Of a stretch of 64,000 nt of DNA, positions 20,250 to 30,947 are shown one piece after another (within the stretch, counting starts at the first letter, position 1; every line of letters starts with the position of its first letter). The stretch spans positions 1,612 to 65,611 of the IMG/VR virus record IMGVR_UViG_3300033153_010125. One strand, given 5' to 3'. A program made the translations under genes and the position numbers. The notes beneath the pieces were generated by a model, which saw only the letters and a program-made list of their open reading frames with translations, had not been told where the DNA came from and did no database searches. The DNA comes from a virus (lineage: Duplodnaviria; Caudoviricetes).

Positions 20250-22136
20250 TTATGCGCTTAATGCTGCTGCTAATGCTGCTTGTGCTCTTGCTAACTGAAG
20301 CTCTAAACCGGCTTGCCCGTCTACTGTGTAATTGGACACATCTTTATCCCATATTAAATTTTCAGCCAAAGCTGTTGTGTCTACAGTGGACCCTGCTGAA
20401 TCGTCTGTAAACTGTGTAAGCCCTCTTACACTGATCACACCATTTGTACAAGATGAAGCTAGTGTAACTTTACCCTGACTCATTTCAATAGTAACGGTAT
20501 CTAATGCATTATTTACATCTTTTACGGTAAGCCCCCCTGATAACCCTCTTACACTTAAATCAGAAGTCCCAACCCCGTTTAAGCTAATTGTTGGCCTACT
20601 AAGTCCTGGTATTGTTGAATAGCAGTTTACTAAAATAACATTACTGGCATCCACACAAGTAAGGTCCCCGTTCAACCCACATCTTTCAAAAACTCCATTT
20701 AAAGAAACCCCATTGTCTAACACTGATGAAGTTGCCACAATATTATTAACATATGTGCCCCTTAAAGTACAGTGTAAAAACTCAGTGTTTTTTAAATCAT
20801 ACCCGGCACAGTTTACAACTGGGTGACCTGTCCCTTTTATGACAAAATTCTTCAGATTTCTATCTAGTGTAATTTCATCAAAAATTGTTATTGTTCTTAT
20901 CCCTTTCTCTTCTGCGTGATCAATAGCATCCCCTATATTGTTAAAAGGTGATCCTGCTGTCCCTTTTCCATTTGTACCTAAACCTGTGTCCACAAACACG
21001 CTTTTTTCCATATTTCTTGTCTGCTCTAATATGTCGGCTCTCAGTAACTCGTTCACAATAGTAACTCCTCCGTTCCAAGTACCAGTTTCTATAGGTTCCC
21101 CATTCTCATCAACAAGTTTCCCTATCCCTCTCACATAAAAAGTACCCCCTGTTATAGTACTAGAATCTAAAATCACCTGTCCAGCACTTAGGTCTATACT
21201 ATGTTCAGCTGCTCCTGAGTAGTTTATAAGTTTTACTCCTCCAGTATAGTCCCTTAGAAGTAATATCCCCGTAGAGTTCATATCTATTATTGGGGCGGTT
21301 CCTCCAGGGATTCCGGAATAACATGCCAGTATGTTAGCAGTTGTTGAAGTCCCTAGTGTAATAGTCCCACTTCCTATTGCACACTTGTGTATAAACCCGT
21401 CAACAAAAGCTAAAGTACTTATTACAGCTCTTTCTATTTGAGAATTCCCATCCAATGTCCCTGTAACCATGCATTCATAAAATTCACAGTTTGTGACATT
21501 CGCACTGGCTTCAACTGTTATGGTACTCTTAATAGCAGATTCCCCAGTAAATTCATATCTAGTCCAGTCTGCTACGCTAGTGATAGTTAAGTCCCCCAAT
21601 ACACTGATTTTTGATAGTCCCCTCTCCACAGCTATGGCTTCAGTATCGGTTAAATTATCAGAAGGTGTCGCTCTAGTTCCCACCAAATTTCCAGCCCCTC
21701 CCGTACCACTTTTAGCTTTTCCTGTTATATTATCTACATCTATAGCAACTGCATTTTGAAAAGAGCTAAACTCTACAGCTGCACTGTTCACAGAGACTGC
21801 ATCAGAGTTCCTGTCTGAAACTCCTGACCCAGCTATTACTATATATGGAGTAACAAAGTCATCAGAGTATAAATTTAAAGCTACTGTTACGACATTCCCA
21901 TTATTAATTAATACTGTCCAAAGGTTTTGTAAGAAAAAATATTTTGGAGCAAATTGACCAGTAGCAGTGGGGTCACCCCCAAAAGTACGAAAAGCAGGAG
22001 CAAATCCGGCATTGGCTGTACTAAGCTGCTGCCACCTTTTCCAAGCAGAATACAACTCTTTCCCAGCCTCTAATTCAAATATGGCTGAATCAGTGACTTC
22101 AATCTGCCGAGTTATCCCGTTGAATACTATTGCCAT
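20250..22136 (-). CDS. Virion structural protein with internal duplication
   Basis: 628 aa; N-terminal 'LYSAWKRW...AFRTFGGDP' domain; two related beta-helix-like halves. Confidence 0.6.
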   Translation of the reverse strand: MAIVFNGITRQIEVTDSAIFELEAGKELYSAWKRWQQLSTANAGFAPAFRTFGGDPTATGQFAPKYFFLQNLWTVLINNGNVVTVALNLYSDDFVTPYIVIAGSGVSDRNSDAVSVNSAAVEFSSFQNAVAIDVDNITGKAKSGTGGAGNLVGTRATPSDNLTDTEAIAVERGLSKISVLGDLTITSVADWTRYEFTGESAIKSTITVEASANVTNCEFYECMVTGTLDGNSQIERAVISTLAFVDGFIHKCAIGSGTITLGTSTTANILACYSGIPGGTAPIIDMNSTGILLLRDYTGGVKLINYSGAAEHSIDLSAGQVILDSSTITGGTFYVRGIGKLVDENGEPIETGTWNGGVTIVNELLRADILEQTRNMEKSVFVDTGLGTNGKGTAGSPFNNIGDAIDHAEEKGIRTITIFDEITLDRNLKNFVIKGTGHPVVNCAGYDLKNTEFLHCTLRGTYVNNIVATSSVLDNGVSLNGVFERCGLNGDLTCVDASNVILVNCYSTIPGLSRPTISLNGVGTSDLSVRGLSGGLTVKDVNNALDTVTIEMSQGKVTLASSCTNGVISVRGLTQFTDDSAGSTVDTTALAENLIWDKDVSNYTVDGQAGLELQLARAQAALAAALSA

Positions 22137-22139
22137 CTT

Positions 22140-22670
22140 TTATTTTTTTCCTACCCCTAATAGTTCTAGTTGTTCTGCCAACATTTTCATATTTTGTTGT
22201 ATCAGTCTGACAGCTTTATCAGTATCCGGTTCATCTACAACTACCTTTCCTGAAAGAGAGGCTGATATAACTCTATCTTGTTCACTTTCTGCTAGAGGTT
22301 CTTTAAATGGAACTTCTATTGCATCTATAATAGCTCTGTCTCCAGCAACTATTTGCATTCTCTTAGTTCTTTCATCTAGAAGGATTATCTTTACAGGAGC
22401 TACTACTTTCCTTGCAGGAGAGTTGTGTCTCCCCACCTCCCACTTTAAAGTTCTAGGGTTTAGCCCTACCCATAATATATCCCAAGTTTCAGAGAAAGTT
22501 TCCCATGTTTGGAAATTTTCTAGCTTCTCTACTTGTTCAGGTACATTATCTAAGTATGTATACTCTGACTTTGGGTATAAGATACTTGATCGTTTTACAA
22601 ACAATCTGTTTCTTAACTCTTTTACGGAGAAGTTCTCCATTTTAACTTCTTTTAATTCTGGTTTTTCCAT
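22140..22670 (-). CDS. Hypothetical protein
   Basis: 176 aa ORF in operon. Confidence 0.6.
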   Translation of the reverse strand: MEKPELKEVKMENFSVKELRNRLFVKRSSILYPKSEYTYLDNVPEQVEKLENFQTWETFSETWDILWVGLNPRTLKWEVGRHNSPARKVVAPVKIILLDERTKRMQIVAGDRAIIDAIEVPFKEPLAESEQDRVISASLSGKVVVDEPDTDKAVRLIQQNMKMLAEQLELLGVGKK

Positions 22671-22691
22671 TTTTTGGTTTATTTTTATATT

Positions 22692-24344
22692 CTAAGGGTT
22701 TAGATAAACTCTATCAAATCTCTGTGATTGTGGTAAATCCGCATCTAATGATGGAATTGTGTAAGCATATATTTCAATATTTTCATATAGTACACTTACT
22801 AAAAATATATCGACACTAGTTGTTGCAGCTAATGCAAAAGTAAAGCTTCTATCGTCTGTAGTCCCCACTGTTGCAGCCTCAATACCATCTAGTTCTGTAT
22901 CAGTACCTGCTGCCATTATTCTTACTTCAGTATCATCCTTTAATTGTGTTATTGTTACATTTGTAGTTGCTACTACGTTTACACTTCCTGTAAAACTTGC
23001 TCCTACTCTTATAGATGGTATAGTTGCTCCTCCTGCTACATTTATTGTTAAGTCAGAGGCAGTGGCTACATTTACATATATAGCTTCATTACCTGTTGAA
23101 GTTGGTGTTACTGGAGAGCCAGCTGCTCCTGTCTCATATCCTGTCAATATATTACCATCCCAAGACATTGTCCCCCCTCCAATAGAATCTAGTTCTACTG
23201 CATGATTTGAACCATCTGATTCAAAACTATTATCAGTGATGTTTGCAAGTGTACTCGCTAATACCGAAGAAGCAGCTCTGTTATCTACTATTGAGGCGTT
23301 TGTAAGAGTTCCTCCTGACAATGTAATGGCATCAGTACGTCTAAGAGTTGTACCATCAATACTACCTAAAGTACTTAACCCTATTGTGCCTATATCTGTC
23401 CAGTTTCCTCCAACTGCTTCAAATACAGTACCTGTATTATTAACAAGAATAGTACCCCTATTGTTTGTGCCCAGTGCTGTAATACTTATATTATTCCAAT
23501 AGCACTTAGTAGATGCATGATCTATTATAAACTGTGTAAATGAAGTAGTTGAATGAACAGTGTCTACAATTACTATATTTTTATCAGCGGCTTCAAATCT
23601 ACATAACGTTGCAGTCCCTGCATTATTTTGTCCTATTGCAAAAGTCCCCTGTAATTCAAATGAACCATTAATTAAAGATAAGATACCCCATCTATTTGCT
23701 ACAGCATCATTTTGGGTAGAATACCCTGTAAATGTGCAAGGATCATCTGACCCATCACCTGCTGATATAAGTTCACCTGCTGTTAAAAATGCGCCTGTTC
23801 CATATCTTACAGCATCAGCACCCATGTTAGAACCTTTCGCAGTTGCAGTTGTTTTAATTCCGTATCCAAAATAGGTTGGAGTTGCTCCCGGAGTACCATT
23901 AACAGTTCTATAAGGAATACTTCCTGTATTAGATGTTGTTACATATCTAATAGGATAGCACTTACCTACACGACCCCCAGCTCCAATAGTATCATTTCCC
24001 TCTACTGTAAACTGCATGAAGTTACCAGTGCTTGTCCCTATTATAATATAAACTCCTCTAGTTGCATAAACATCTGTAATACCTGGTGTTGCTACGAATC
24101 CCCATTGGAAAATATGAACTCCTGCTGCTACTGTACCTGTTCCAGGAGTTTTATTAACTGCTAATCCACGTTCTGCATTAGAAGCTGCTTTATCCCAACA
24201 CCCAGCACCTTGCATACCAAGGTCAGCTCCAAATGCAGGCGCACCACCACCACCACCAGAAATATTAAAGGCTGTCCACCCTGTACTCCCTGATTCAGCT
24301 AAATCAATATCTGTTAAATCTTCTGTGTAACTCGGTACTGCCAT
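22692..24344 (-). CDS. Virion structural protein
   Basis: 550 aa Gly/Thr/Ala-rich; ends DRVYLNP. Confidence 0.6.
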   Translation of the reverse strand: MAVPSYTEDLTDIDLAESGSTGWTAFNISGGGGGAPAFGADLGMQGAGCWDKAASNAERGLAVNKTPGTGTVAAGVHIFQWGFVATPGITDVYATRGVYIIIGTSTGNFMQFTVEGNDTIGAGGRVGKCYPIRYVTTSNTGSIPYRTVNGTPGATPTYFGYGIKTTATAKGSNMGADAVRYGTGAFLTAGELISAGDGSDDPCTFTGYSTQNDAVANRWGILSLINGSFELQGTFAIGQNNAGTATLCRFEAADKNIVIVDTVHSTTSFTQFIIDHASTKCYWNNISITALGTNNRGTILVNNTGTVFEAVGGNWTDIGTIGLSTLGSIDGTTLRRTDAITLSGGTLTNASIVDNRAASSVLASTLANITDNSFESDGSNHAVELDSIGGGTMSWDGNILTGYETGAAGSPVTPTSTGNEAIYVNVATASDLTINVAGGATIPSIRVGASFTGSVNVVATTNVTITQLKDDTEVRIMAAGTDTELDGIEAATVGTTDDRSFTFALAATTSVDIFLVSVLYENIEIYAYTIPSLDADLPQSQRFDRVYLNP

Positions 24345-24356
24345 TCCTTGTTTCTA

Positions 24357-24390
24357 AAAGTAGGGGAGAAGAAACTACTCTACTCCCCTT
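24357..24390 (-). terminator. Hairpin / possible attenuating terminator
   Basis: Minus strand AGGGGAG...CTCCCCT followed by ACTTTT between two co-oriented genes. Confidence 0.5.
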
Positions 24391-24396
24391 CTCTGA

Positions 24397-24693
24397 TTAT
24401 CTCTTACATTCTACTTCATACCTAGAACCATCATCAAAAACCGCAGTTATTTTGTCTCCGGGTTTCATACCCATCTGAGTTACTGCCCTTTTAAAAGCAC
24501 TGTTATTTCTAACAACTTTAGGAGTTTTATCCACTTCGGCTTCTTTAACAATTTCAGCTTTCTTAAAAACTTCAGCTTCTTTAACCACTTCGGTTTCTTT
24601 AGCAGTTTCAGGCTTCTTAAAACTCTCAACTTTCTTAAAAACTTCAGCCCCTTCAGACTCTTTGTCTTTTTTATCTTTATTAAATATGTTCAT
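24397..24693 (-). CDS. Hypothetical protein with KEAEV repeats
   Basis: 98 aa, repeated AEVFKK/KEAEV units. Confidence 0.55.
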   Translation of the reverse strand: MNIFNKDKKDKESEGAEVFKKVESFKKPETAKETEVVKEAEVFKKAEIVKEAEVDKTPKVVRNNSAFKRAVTQMGMKPGDKITAVFDDGSRYEVECKR

Positions 24694-24694
24694 C

Positions 24695-26818
24695 TTATGG
24701 ATTTAAATAGTTTCTTTCTAACGGTGCTGTAACGGAAACACTAAGCCCAGTTGCTCTAGTAATAGAAGAGCTTGCTTCGGCATTTACTGCTACATCTGTC
24801 CCTAATACTCTAACAACTATATTAGCTGTCGTTGCAGCGGTTCTACCACCTTGGACATTGTTATCATAGTCAAAATCAAATGGTATTGTAGTTCCTGTTA
24901 TTGTCCCTGTTATAGGTGTACCAGCATTATCATTGACTACAATTGCATCATCAGAGTCAATTGGGTTCTTATTTATACTAATAGATGCTCCTGCTGTCTC
25001 ATCAATAGGACCATCAGCATTAAACCTCTTAGTTAAGTCCATTGCAGTAGATGTAATACCAACATCTGTTATCTCATACTGTCCATCATTCTCTGGGTTA
25101 GTAAATCCTGATAATTTAATGAATTCACCGTTTACGTGTTCTGTAGTAAAATCATAAGAACCTACGTTAGTTAATGTCATTGTTGCACCAGCAGAAGCTG
25201 TTACGGCAATGTCAGTTTCTATGAACTGTTCAGTATATTCAAAATACATTACGTATTCAGCTGGACCGGCATCATCTACAGCATTCTGATTAACAAGTAT
25301 GTTACCTGCTGCTACGAATGGATAGTTGTACTGGGTTCCTGTATTATCAAAGAAGAACAAGTTATTTGTATCATTAGCATCAAAGCCTAATACAGTAACT
25401 CCACTCCCTCCACCTTCTGGATTAATAGGTAATGATTTACCGAGTTTTAAATCCGGACCTTCAAATACCGCAAGAGCATCTGCTGTCTTACCTGTTACAA
25501 CTCCACCTCCACCAGCAAGATTAACATCACTTGCTTGTCTTAATGAAAATTGTATCTTCTCATATATTTGTTGTTTTGAAGCAACAATTGGAGTAGCTGG
25601 TTGTAAGTAGAAAGACATTGCTGTATCAGTACTTGTAAATGTTCCTGTAATAGTTATAGTTGTAGCTGTAGTTGATACAATTGGAAATGTATCTCCTTCA
25701 TCTGTCCCTGCTGTAATATATAGTGTACCACCATCATAGGCAGTTGAGATAGGGACATCACCAAGGGCAGTTGTAAGAACACTACCAGCTGCAGTAGTTG
25801 CACCATCACTACCTGCAAATGTACCTACATTTACAACTACACCAAATAATCTATTTGTAGTCCCATCAATATCAATACTAAATGCTGTTGCAAAGTATTG
25901 TAGTGTAATATCACTCCAAGGTGTACCTGCAATTGCACCATCTGTTGCTGCTATATTTAAGTCCGTTACATTAGTTAACGGAAATCTAAATACTTTATTA
26001 TCAACTTCTGTTACCCCAATATCTGATAATTTAGATTTAGCAAATGTTTTACCATTAGGGTCACCATCTCTTACACGTAAGAACAATGCTACTGCATTCC
26101 TATTATTTACTGCTAATTCAGCACCTGTGTCTGTACCTGTAGTAAAAGGTGTTCCCGTTACTGTTAAAGTTAAGGTTGCTATTGCTGTAACAACATATGT
26201 ACCATCATTGGATGTAGAATTTAACACTGTTACCTGGCCACCAATTGCATATCCATCAGCGGTAAAGTCCCCTGTTGCTCTAGTAATAGTACTAGATGTA
26301 GCAAAATCACAAGTATCAGGATTCCCTAGATTTTCATAGACTAGGATAGGTTCGTTTACTGGACCTGGAAAATCAAAGTCAACTGCTGCCCCTGTATCTG
26401 TTGGGTCATCCCCTAATACAAAGTATGCATTATCAGTTGCTGTATCTTCAAAGGTCCCAAGTGATACAGCCCCAACAAACTCTTTTACGATTTTGTTACC
26501 ATTGTCTGTATCAATATATCTCCATCCACCAGTTCTCACTGCTTTCTCTGAAGTTGTTGAAGCATGTTCCCATCCTTTTCTCATCTCCATTTGCTCTGGG
26601 GTAATTGCATCAAACAAGAAAGGGTAACGAGACCTATTGACTACGTCTTTCCATTCTTCTTTATACCATGAGTATAAAGCTTGTTCAGCAATTCCATCAG
26701 CAGCGGCTGGGATATTTGTACCAGAACCAGGATTAATTGTAACCGTCCTAGTGGTAGTGTTTGTTGTGACATCATCAGCTTCTATGATGTTGTCAGGATC
26801 TGTAATTATTACTGCCAT
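24695..26818 (-). CDS. Virion structural protein
   Basis: 707 aa Thr/Asp-rich; 'LYSWYKEEWK...YPF...ITPEQ' N-terminal domain; ends ERNYLNP. Confidence 0.6.
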   Translation of the reverse strand: MAVIITDPDNIIEADDVTTNTTTRTVTINPGSGTNIPAAADGIAEQALYSWYKEEWKDVVNRSRYPFLFDAITPEQMEMRKGWEHASTTSEKAVRTGGWRYIDTDNGNKIVKEFVGAVSLGTFEDTATDNAYFVLGDDPTDTGAAVDFDFPGPVNEPILVYENLGNPDTCDFATSSTITRATGDFTADGYAIGGQVTVLNSTSNDGTYVVTAIATLTLTVTGTPFTTGTDTGAELAVNNRNAVALFLRVRDGDPNGKTFAKSKLSDIGVTEVDNKVFRFPLTNVTDLNIAATDGAIAGTPWSDITLQYFATAFSIDIDGTTNRLFGVVVNVGTFAGSDGATTAAGSVLTTALGDVPISTAYDGGTLYITAGTDEGDTFPIVSTTATTITITGTFTSTDTAMSFYLQPATPIVASKQQIYEKIQFSLRQASDVNLAGGGGVVTGKTADALAVFEGPDLKLGKSLPINPEGGGSGVTVLGFDANDTNNLFFFDNTGTQYNYPFVAAGNILVNQNAVDDAGPAEYVMYFEYTEQFIETDIAVTASAGATMTLTNVGSYDFTTEHVNGEFIKLSGFTNPENDGQYEITDVGITSTAMDLTKRFNADGPIDETAGASISINKNPIDSDDAIVVNDNAGTPITGTITGTTIPFDFDYDNNVQGGRTAATTANIVVRVLGTDVAVNAEASSSITRATGLSVSVTAPLERNYLNP

Positions 26819-26842
26819 TTTATTCTATTTTTTATTTTTTAA

Positions 26843-27682
26843 TTATGAATAAGCTACTGATGTTATATTATTACCAGTGTATGTAAAAGTCTTTGTTAAA
26901 TTTATTCCAATTGGTGTATCTCCGCTTAAAACTACGGTATCTAATTTATTACCTGTGTAACTAAATGTTTTTGTAATACTCATCCCTCCTCCGAGATCAT
27001 ATATTATTGTTGAAACCTTATTACCACTATAACTTAATGCGTATGGATATGTCTTTAAATTACCTGAGACTGTTTCAAAGGTCTCTGCTGATGTTCCTAC
27101 AACCGGTTTATATGTACCGTCATCAGCTAAATAGTTTGTTCCTGGACCTGCGCTCGTAAGTAACCCCACTAAGGTTTTCTCACTGTCTGTGTAAGCATTT
27201 GTGTCTGAATTAGATTCGTACAGAGTTTTAATCTCCTCTGCTGTTAGATCTAAAGTTTCAAATCCTAACGACTCCTCATAGTCAAAATCTTTTCTTTGTG
27301 TCTTATAGACATAAATTATTGCTATGTCCCCTACTGGCGTTCCAGTTAAGGTATAATTACCAGCAACATCAAAAGAACTTACCGCTATTGATATTCCTAG
27401 GACCGTCCTTGGCGTTTCCCAAGTAGGTGTCCCCGACCCGTCAATCTTAGATACAATCGCATCAACCTCTCCTTCAAATTGGTCCAAAAGGATTGTCCCT
27501 CCCGGTGGTGCCGTAATACTTCCGACTGCTGTCGAGATAACCGTGAAGTTCGCTGTTTTAATATATCCATTCTCAAGACTAGCTATTCTGTCACTGATAG
27601 ATCCTCCTCCTCCAAAAGCAATACAATTTAGCTTATTAGATAACTTTTTTATCTGTTGTCTTGCTATTGTATCTCTTGACAT
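26843..27682 (-). CDS. Virion structural protein
   Basis: 279 aa; 'AEEIKTLYESNSDTNAYTDSEK' and 'YLADDGTYK' fibre motifs; C-terminal TKTF.YTGN repeats. Confidence 0.6.
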   Translation of the reverse strand: MSRDTIARQQIKKLSNKLNCIAFGGGGSISDRIASLENGYIKTANFTVISTAVGSITAPPGGTILLDQFEGEVDAIVSKIDGSGTPTWETPRTVLGISIAVSSFDVAGNYTLTGTPVGDIAIIYVYKTQRKDFDYEESLGFETLDLTAEEIKTLYESNSDTNAYTDSEKTLVGLLTSAGPGTNYLADDGTYKPVVGTSAETFETVSGNLKTYPYALSYSGNKVSTIIYDLGGGMSITKTFSYTGNKLDTVVLSGDTPIGINLTKTFTYTGNNITSVAYS

Positions 27683-27807
27683 TTCTCCTTTCTAATAACA
27701 GTATATGTTTACAAGATCTAAAAGTAAGGAAGAAAAAGCTGTCTTACAAAAACATTAAGAATTTTGATATACAATCGAACAGTTTCTTTTACTATCATAC
27801 TGGACAC

Positions 27808-27838
27808 AAAAAAAGCCTGTTCAATTAAGAACAGGCTT
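27808..27838 (-). terminator. Intrinsic terminator
   Basis: GCCTGTTC-AATTAA-GAACAGGC stem with T7 on the minus strand. Confidence 0.85.
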
Positions 27839-27860
27839 CTAGTTATATTTATTCTACTGA

Positions 27861-30140
27861 TTATGCTCCGAAAGCTCTTACAGCAGGTACGCCTGCATGT
27901 GTAGCGATATCGTTAAGCAAAGTCTCAACAGCTCCGTGTCGTCCAACCTCAACCCAAACGTGGTAATTGATGTCTTGAGAAACACGTCCTCCGAAACCTT
28001 GTGCACCTTTACCAGACCTAATCTGTAACGTGTACATCACGTACTGCTTAAGTTGATCTTCCATATTAGAGATCTCTCCAGTTAACAGCCTTCCAAGATA
28101 ATCTTTGTAGTCATATCCTCTAAAGTAAGATCTTCCCTCATTCTCAAGATCCCTAAGGTTTCCTGCTAAGTGAGTTCTAGGTACCCATCTAGATATGTGT
28201 TTAGCTTGGTACTGTCCTTGCTTGATTCGTCCGATTCCTTCTCTAACCTCTATTGGGTATCCAGCTGACGCTCTAACCATTGTAGAAGCTTCAATGAAAC
28301 CAACAGTATCTCTTAAAGACTCTTCAGACTCAAGTGAGAATGCTTTACCTTTAATTCTGATTCCTGTTAAACAAGTTCCTTCAGGGTTTGAACCAACATT
28401 AGCATCTTTTTCCCATACTTGGAAATCATAAGCTTCTGGTGCTTCAGTTCTGTAGAAGTCTTCAAATACTGGATCACATTCATCACAAACAAGGTTTGAG
28501 ATTACTGACATAGTATATTTAGTTTGACAAGCATCTTGAGCTGGCATAGTAGTAGCAGTTGTTCCGCTAACTGTTCCATCTAAATCTGTAGTTACATTTG
28601 CAATAGAAGGTAATTCATAATCTTCATCCGGTGTTTCGAATGTCAATACTCCTGCTGCTGCAGTCACTACTGAATTACTAGTAGCTAAGATCGCTGCTGC
28701 GTGAGCAGTAACAAAATTATCTGCTGTAGTAGTTAAATCCGTTAGGAAAGTAGACAAGTAATCAACTCCTTCAAGAGTCACATTAGCTGTTCCAGAAGTT
28801 CCTGTTAAAGTAATGTCTATTGAAGTAGATGCATATGTTGCAATCGTAACTGTATTTTCATAAGCTCCATTCAACTCAACCAATTTGTCATTACCACACG
28901 TATCGTCTGCTAAAGTAATTGTATAAGTCTCTTCGATTGCATTACAAGTTCCACAATTAGCCCATGCAGTAGAAGTAACTGTAGCGTCAGCACAGATAGC
29001 AGCTACTACTCCAAAGCTCTCAATTATTGCTGTTGATGTAATAGCATTCGTTCCTAAGAAAGATGTGATCTCTGCTGCAGTTAACTCATTATCCATTACT
29101 GCTGTATAGAATCCAACACCTGCTGCTCCACCATCTTCTCTATTAGAAGTTGTCGCAACATATCCAGGAAGTGCTTCTACTAAAGCAACTTGGTCTGTTC
29201 CATCATCCTCCATTGAAATAGTATAAAGTATTCCTTCAGGAGATGCTGTATACCCAGCTGGACAATCTTCACATCCTTTGATTAAACTAGCGATAGTCTG
29301 ATCATAGTCTGCTGGTGCTCCTGCTGTTTGAGGAAGTAACATTTGGTAAGTAGATGTTGCATCTACTCTCTCAGTTCTAATAACTGCTGTATCATATTGT
29401 TGAGCAACTAAAGCTAATGCTTGTTCTGTTCCTGAATCACATACGCTTACGCAATAGTAATCATAAGGAATCTCTGTAGCTGTTCTAGGATTATCACAAC
29501 GGAAAACTGGAGTGATATCAACAAATTGGCTAACAGTGTTACCACCTACAACTTGTCTGTTTTTCAACCTTTCAATTGTTTCTTCTATGATCTCTTTTGG
29601 ATCTATTGACGCACAAGGGTCGCAAGACTCACAATCATCAGTGTCGTTACAGTCTGGAATATCTACGTTTACACTTACATACTCACAGTCTGATTCACCA
29701 CCACCTCTATAAGCTAAAGCATCTCCCTTTAACTCTAAAGTAACTCTGAATACTGCATCACCCGTTCTAAAATCAAAAGCTGTATCTGGATTGATACCAT
29801 CATACCCAAGAATAACTTCATCAATTAACTGCTCAGTGTTTTCAGGTGCTGATACTTTTAAATCAATCACCTCGTCCAAAGAGAACGGTAATGTTTTTTG
29901 TGACCCATTTCCATGAGATCTCGTTGCGTCTCTTTCTGAAACACCTAATCTAAGAACTAAGTCCTTATCTCTTTTACTTTTTCCAGCTAGTGTCGATAAA
30001 ACACTTAGCCCATCTACAGTACTTGCTTTTTGATCAACAAGTGCTAATTCTCCTTTACTAAGATTCAAAGAACCTCCAGTAAGTTTAACTGCACCTCCGA
30101 TAACAAAATAGTCCCTGTCATGTGGATTTCCTATTGCCAT
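27861..30140 (-). CDS. Abundant structural protein (putative auxiliary capsid protein)
   Basis: 759 aa acidic, Cys-rich; own late promoter and terminator; downstream of the capsid genes. Confidence 0.55.
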   Translation of the reverse strand: MAIGNPHDRDYFVIGGAVKLTGGSLNLSKGELALVDQKASTVDGLSVLSTLAGKSKRDKDLVLRLGVSERDATRSHGNGSQKTLPFSLDEVIDLKVSAPENTEQLIDEVILGYDGINPDTAFDFRTGDAVFRVTLELKGDALAYRGGGESDCEYVSVNVDIPDCNDTDDCESCDPCASIDPKEIIEETIERLKNRQVVGGNTVSQFVDITPVFRCDNPRTATEIPYDYYCVSVCDSGTEQALALVAQQYDTAVIRTERVDATSTYQMLLPQTAGAPADYDQTIASLIKGCEDCPAGYTASPEGILYTISMEDDGTDQVALVEALPGYVATTSNREDGGAAGVGFYTAVMDNELTAAEITSFLGTNAITSTAIIESFGVVAAICADATVTSTAWANCGTCNAIEETYTITLADDTCGNDKLVELNGAYENTVTIATYASTSIDITLTGTSGTANVTLEGVDYLSTFLTDLTTTADNFVTAHAAAILATSNSVVTAAAGVLTFETPDEDYELPSIANVTTDLDGTVSGTTATTMPAQDACQTKYTMSVISNLVCDECDPVFEDFYRTEAPEAYDFQVWEKDANVGSNPEGTCLTGIRIKGKAFSLESEESLRDTVGFIEASTMVRASAGYPIEVREGIGRIKQGQYQAKHISRWVPRTHLAGNLRDLENEGRSYFRGYDYKDYLGRLLTGEISNMEDQLKQYVMYTLQIRSGKGAQGFGGRVSQDINYHVWVEVGRHGAVETLLNDIATHAGVPAVRAFGA

Positions 30141-30211
30141 TGTATATTATTTAAGTTTAAAATTTCTTTGTAGAAATGTACATCACCAGAACGGTGTGTA
30201 ATTTAATATTA

Positions 30212-30256
30212 CAAATCTAGAAACTCTTTTCCCCTTTTCCAAAAAGATTAGATTTT
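30212..30256 (-). promoter_or_regulatory. Late-class promoter
   Basis: Minus strand AAAATCTAATCTTTTTGG...TAGATTTG; 33-nt spacing. Confidence 0.8.
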
Positions 30257-30268
30257 ATTCTATATTTA

Positions 30269-30934
30269 TTAAGTGGGTGAATTTAACCTATCCTTGTCTA
30301 ATTGATACTGACTACTGTCGCCAGCATTAGCTGCCACCTCTTTAGACATTATTCTAAGGATTTTCTCAACCGCCTTGTCAGAAAGTTCTGGATCAATTGT
30401 AGTAGACGGTGTTTTATCAAGATGTATATATCCTGCTATATCTACTTTTTTAGGCTTCCTATAATATGTTAGGTATGCCTTTTCTATTTTAAAGTCTTTC
30501 CTGTAGACTAAAAGATTTCCTTCAGAAGGTATATAAAAAGATTCTCTGTATTTGAAAGAAGGCTCGTGGCTCCAATCATTATACTTCTCCTCTTGATCTT
30601 CTGGTTTTGCTTCGAAGAGTTTTATGTCATCAGTACATCCATCTAAGGACGCCTCTGCATAAGCACTTGATAAATCAAAATAGTTCTCCGGTAATTCAAA
30701 AGAAGAGTGAGTTTTTTGTTCACTCACTCTCCCTAATTTTTTATCTACTATTAAAAGTTCTGAAATATAACGTGGGCTGTCATCATTCTTTTTATCCAAA
30801 ATGTTCTCAACAAACCTGATTTGAGAACTGTTGAACAAAAGAACGAACCTTGGTCTGTCTACACTGATATTGTTATTAGTCATGTTTCCATTAACTAATT
30901 GTAGGAACCTGGTATACGCTGTTGTTATAGTCAT
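30269..30934 (-). CDS. Putative ring/adaptor protein
   Basis: 'FELPENY...EPSFKYRE...YLTYYRKPKKVDI' typical of crAss-like ring proteins. Confidence 0.55.
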   Translation of the reverse strand: MTITTAYTRFLQLVNGNMTNNNISVDRPRFVLLFNSSQIRFVENILDKKNDDSPRYISELLIVDKKLGRVSEQKTHSSFELPENYFDLSSAYAEASLDGCTDDIKLFEAKPEDQEEKYNDWSHEPSFKYRESFYIPSEGNLLVYRKDFKIEKAYLTYYRKPKKVDIAGYIHLDKTPSTTIDPELSDKAVEKILRIMSKEVAANAGDSSQYQLDKDRLNSPT

Positions 30935-30947
30935 TGCTTATTTTGTC

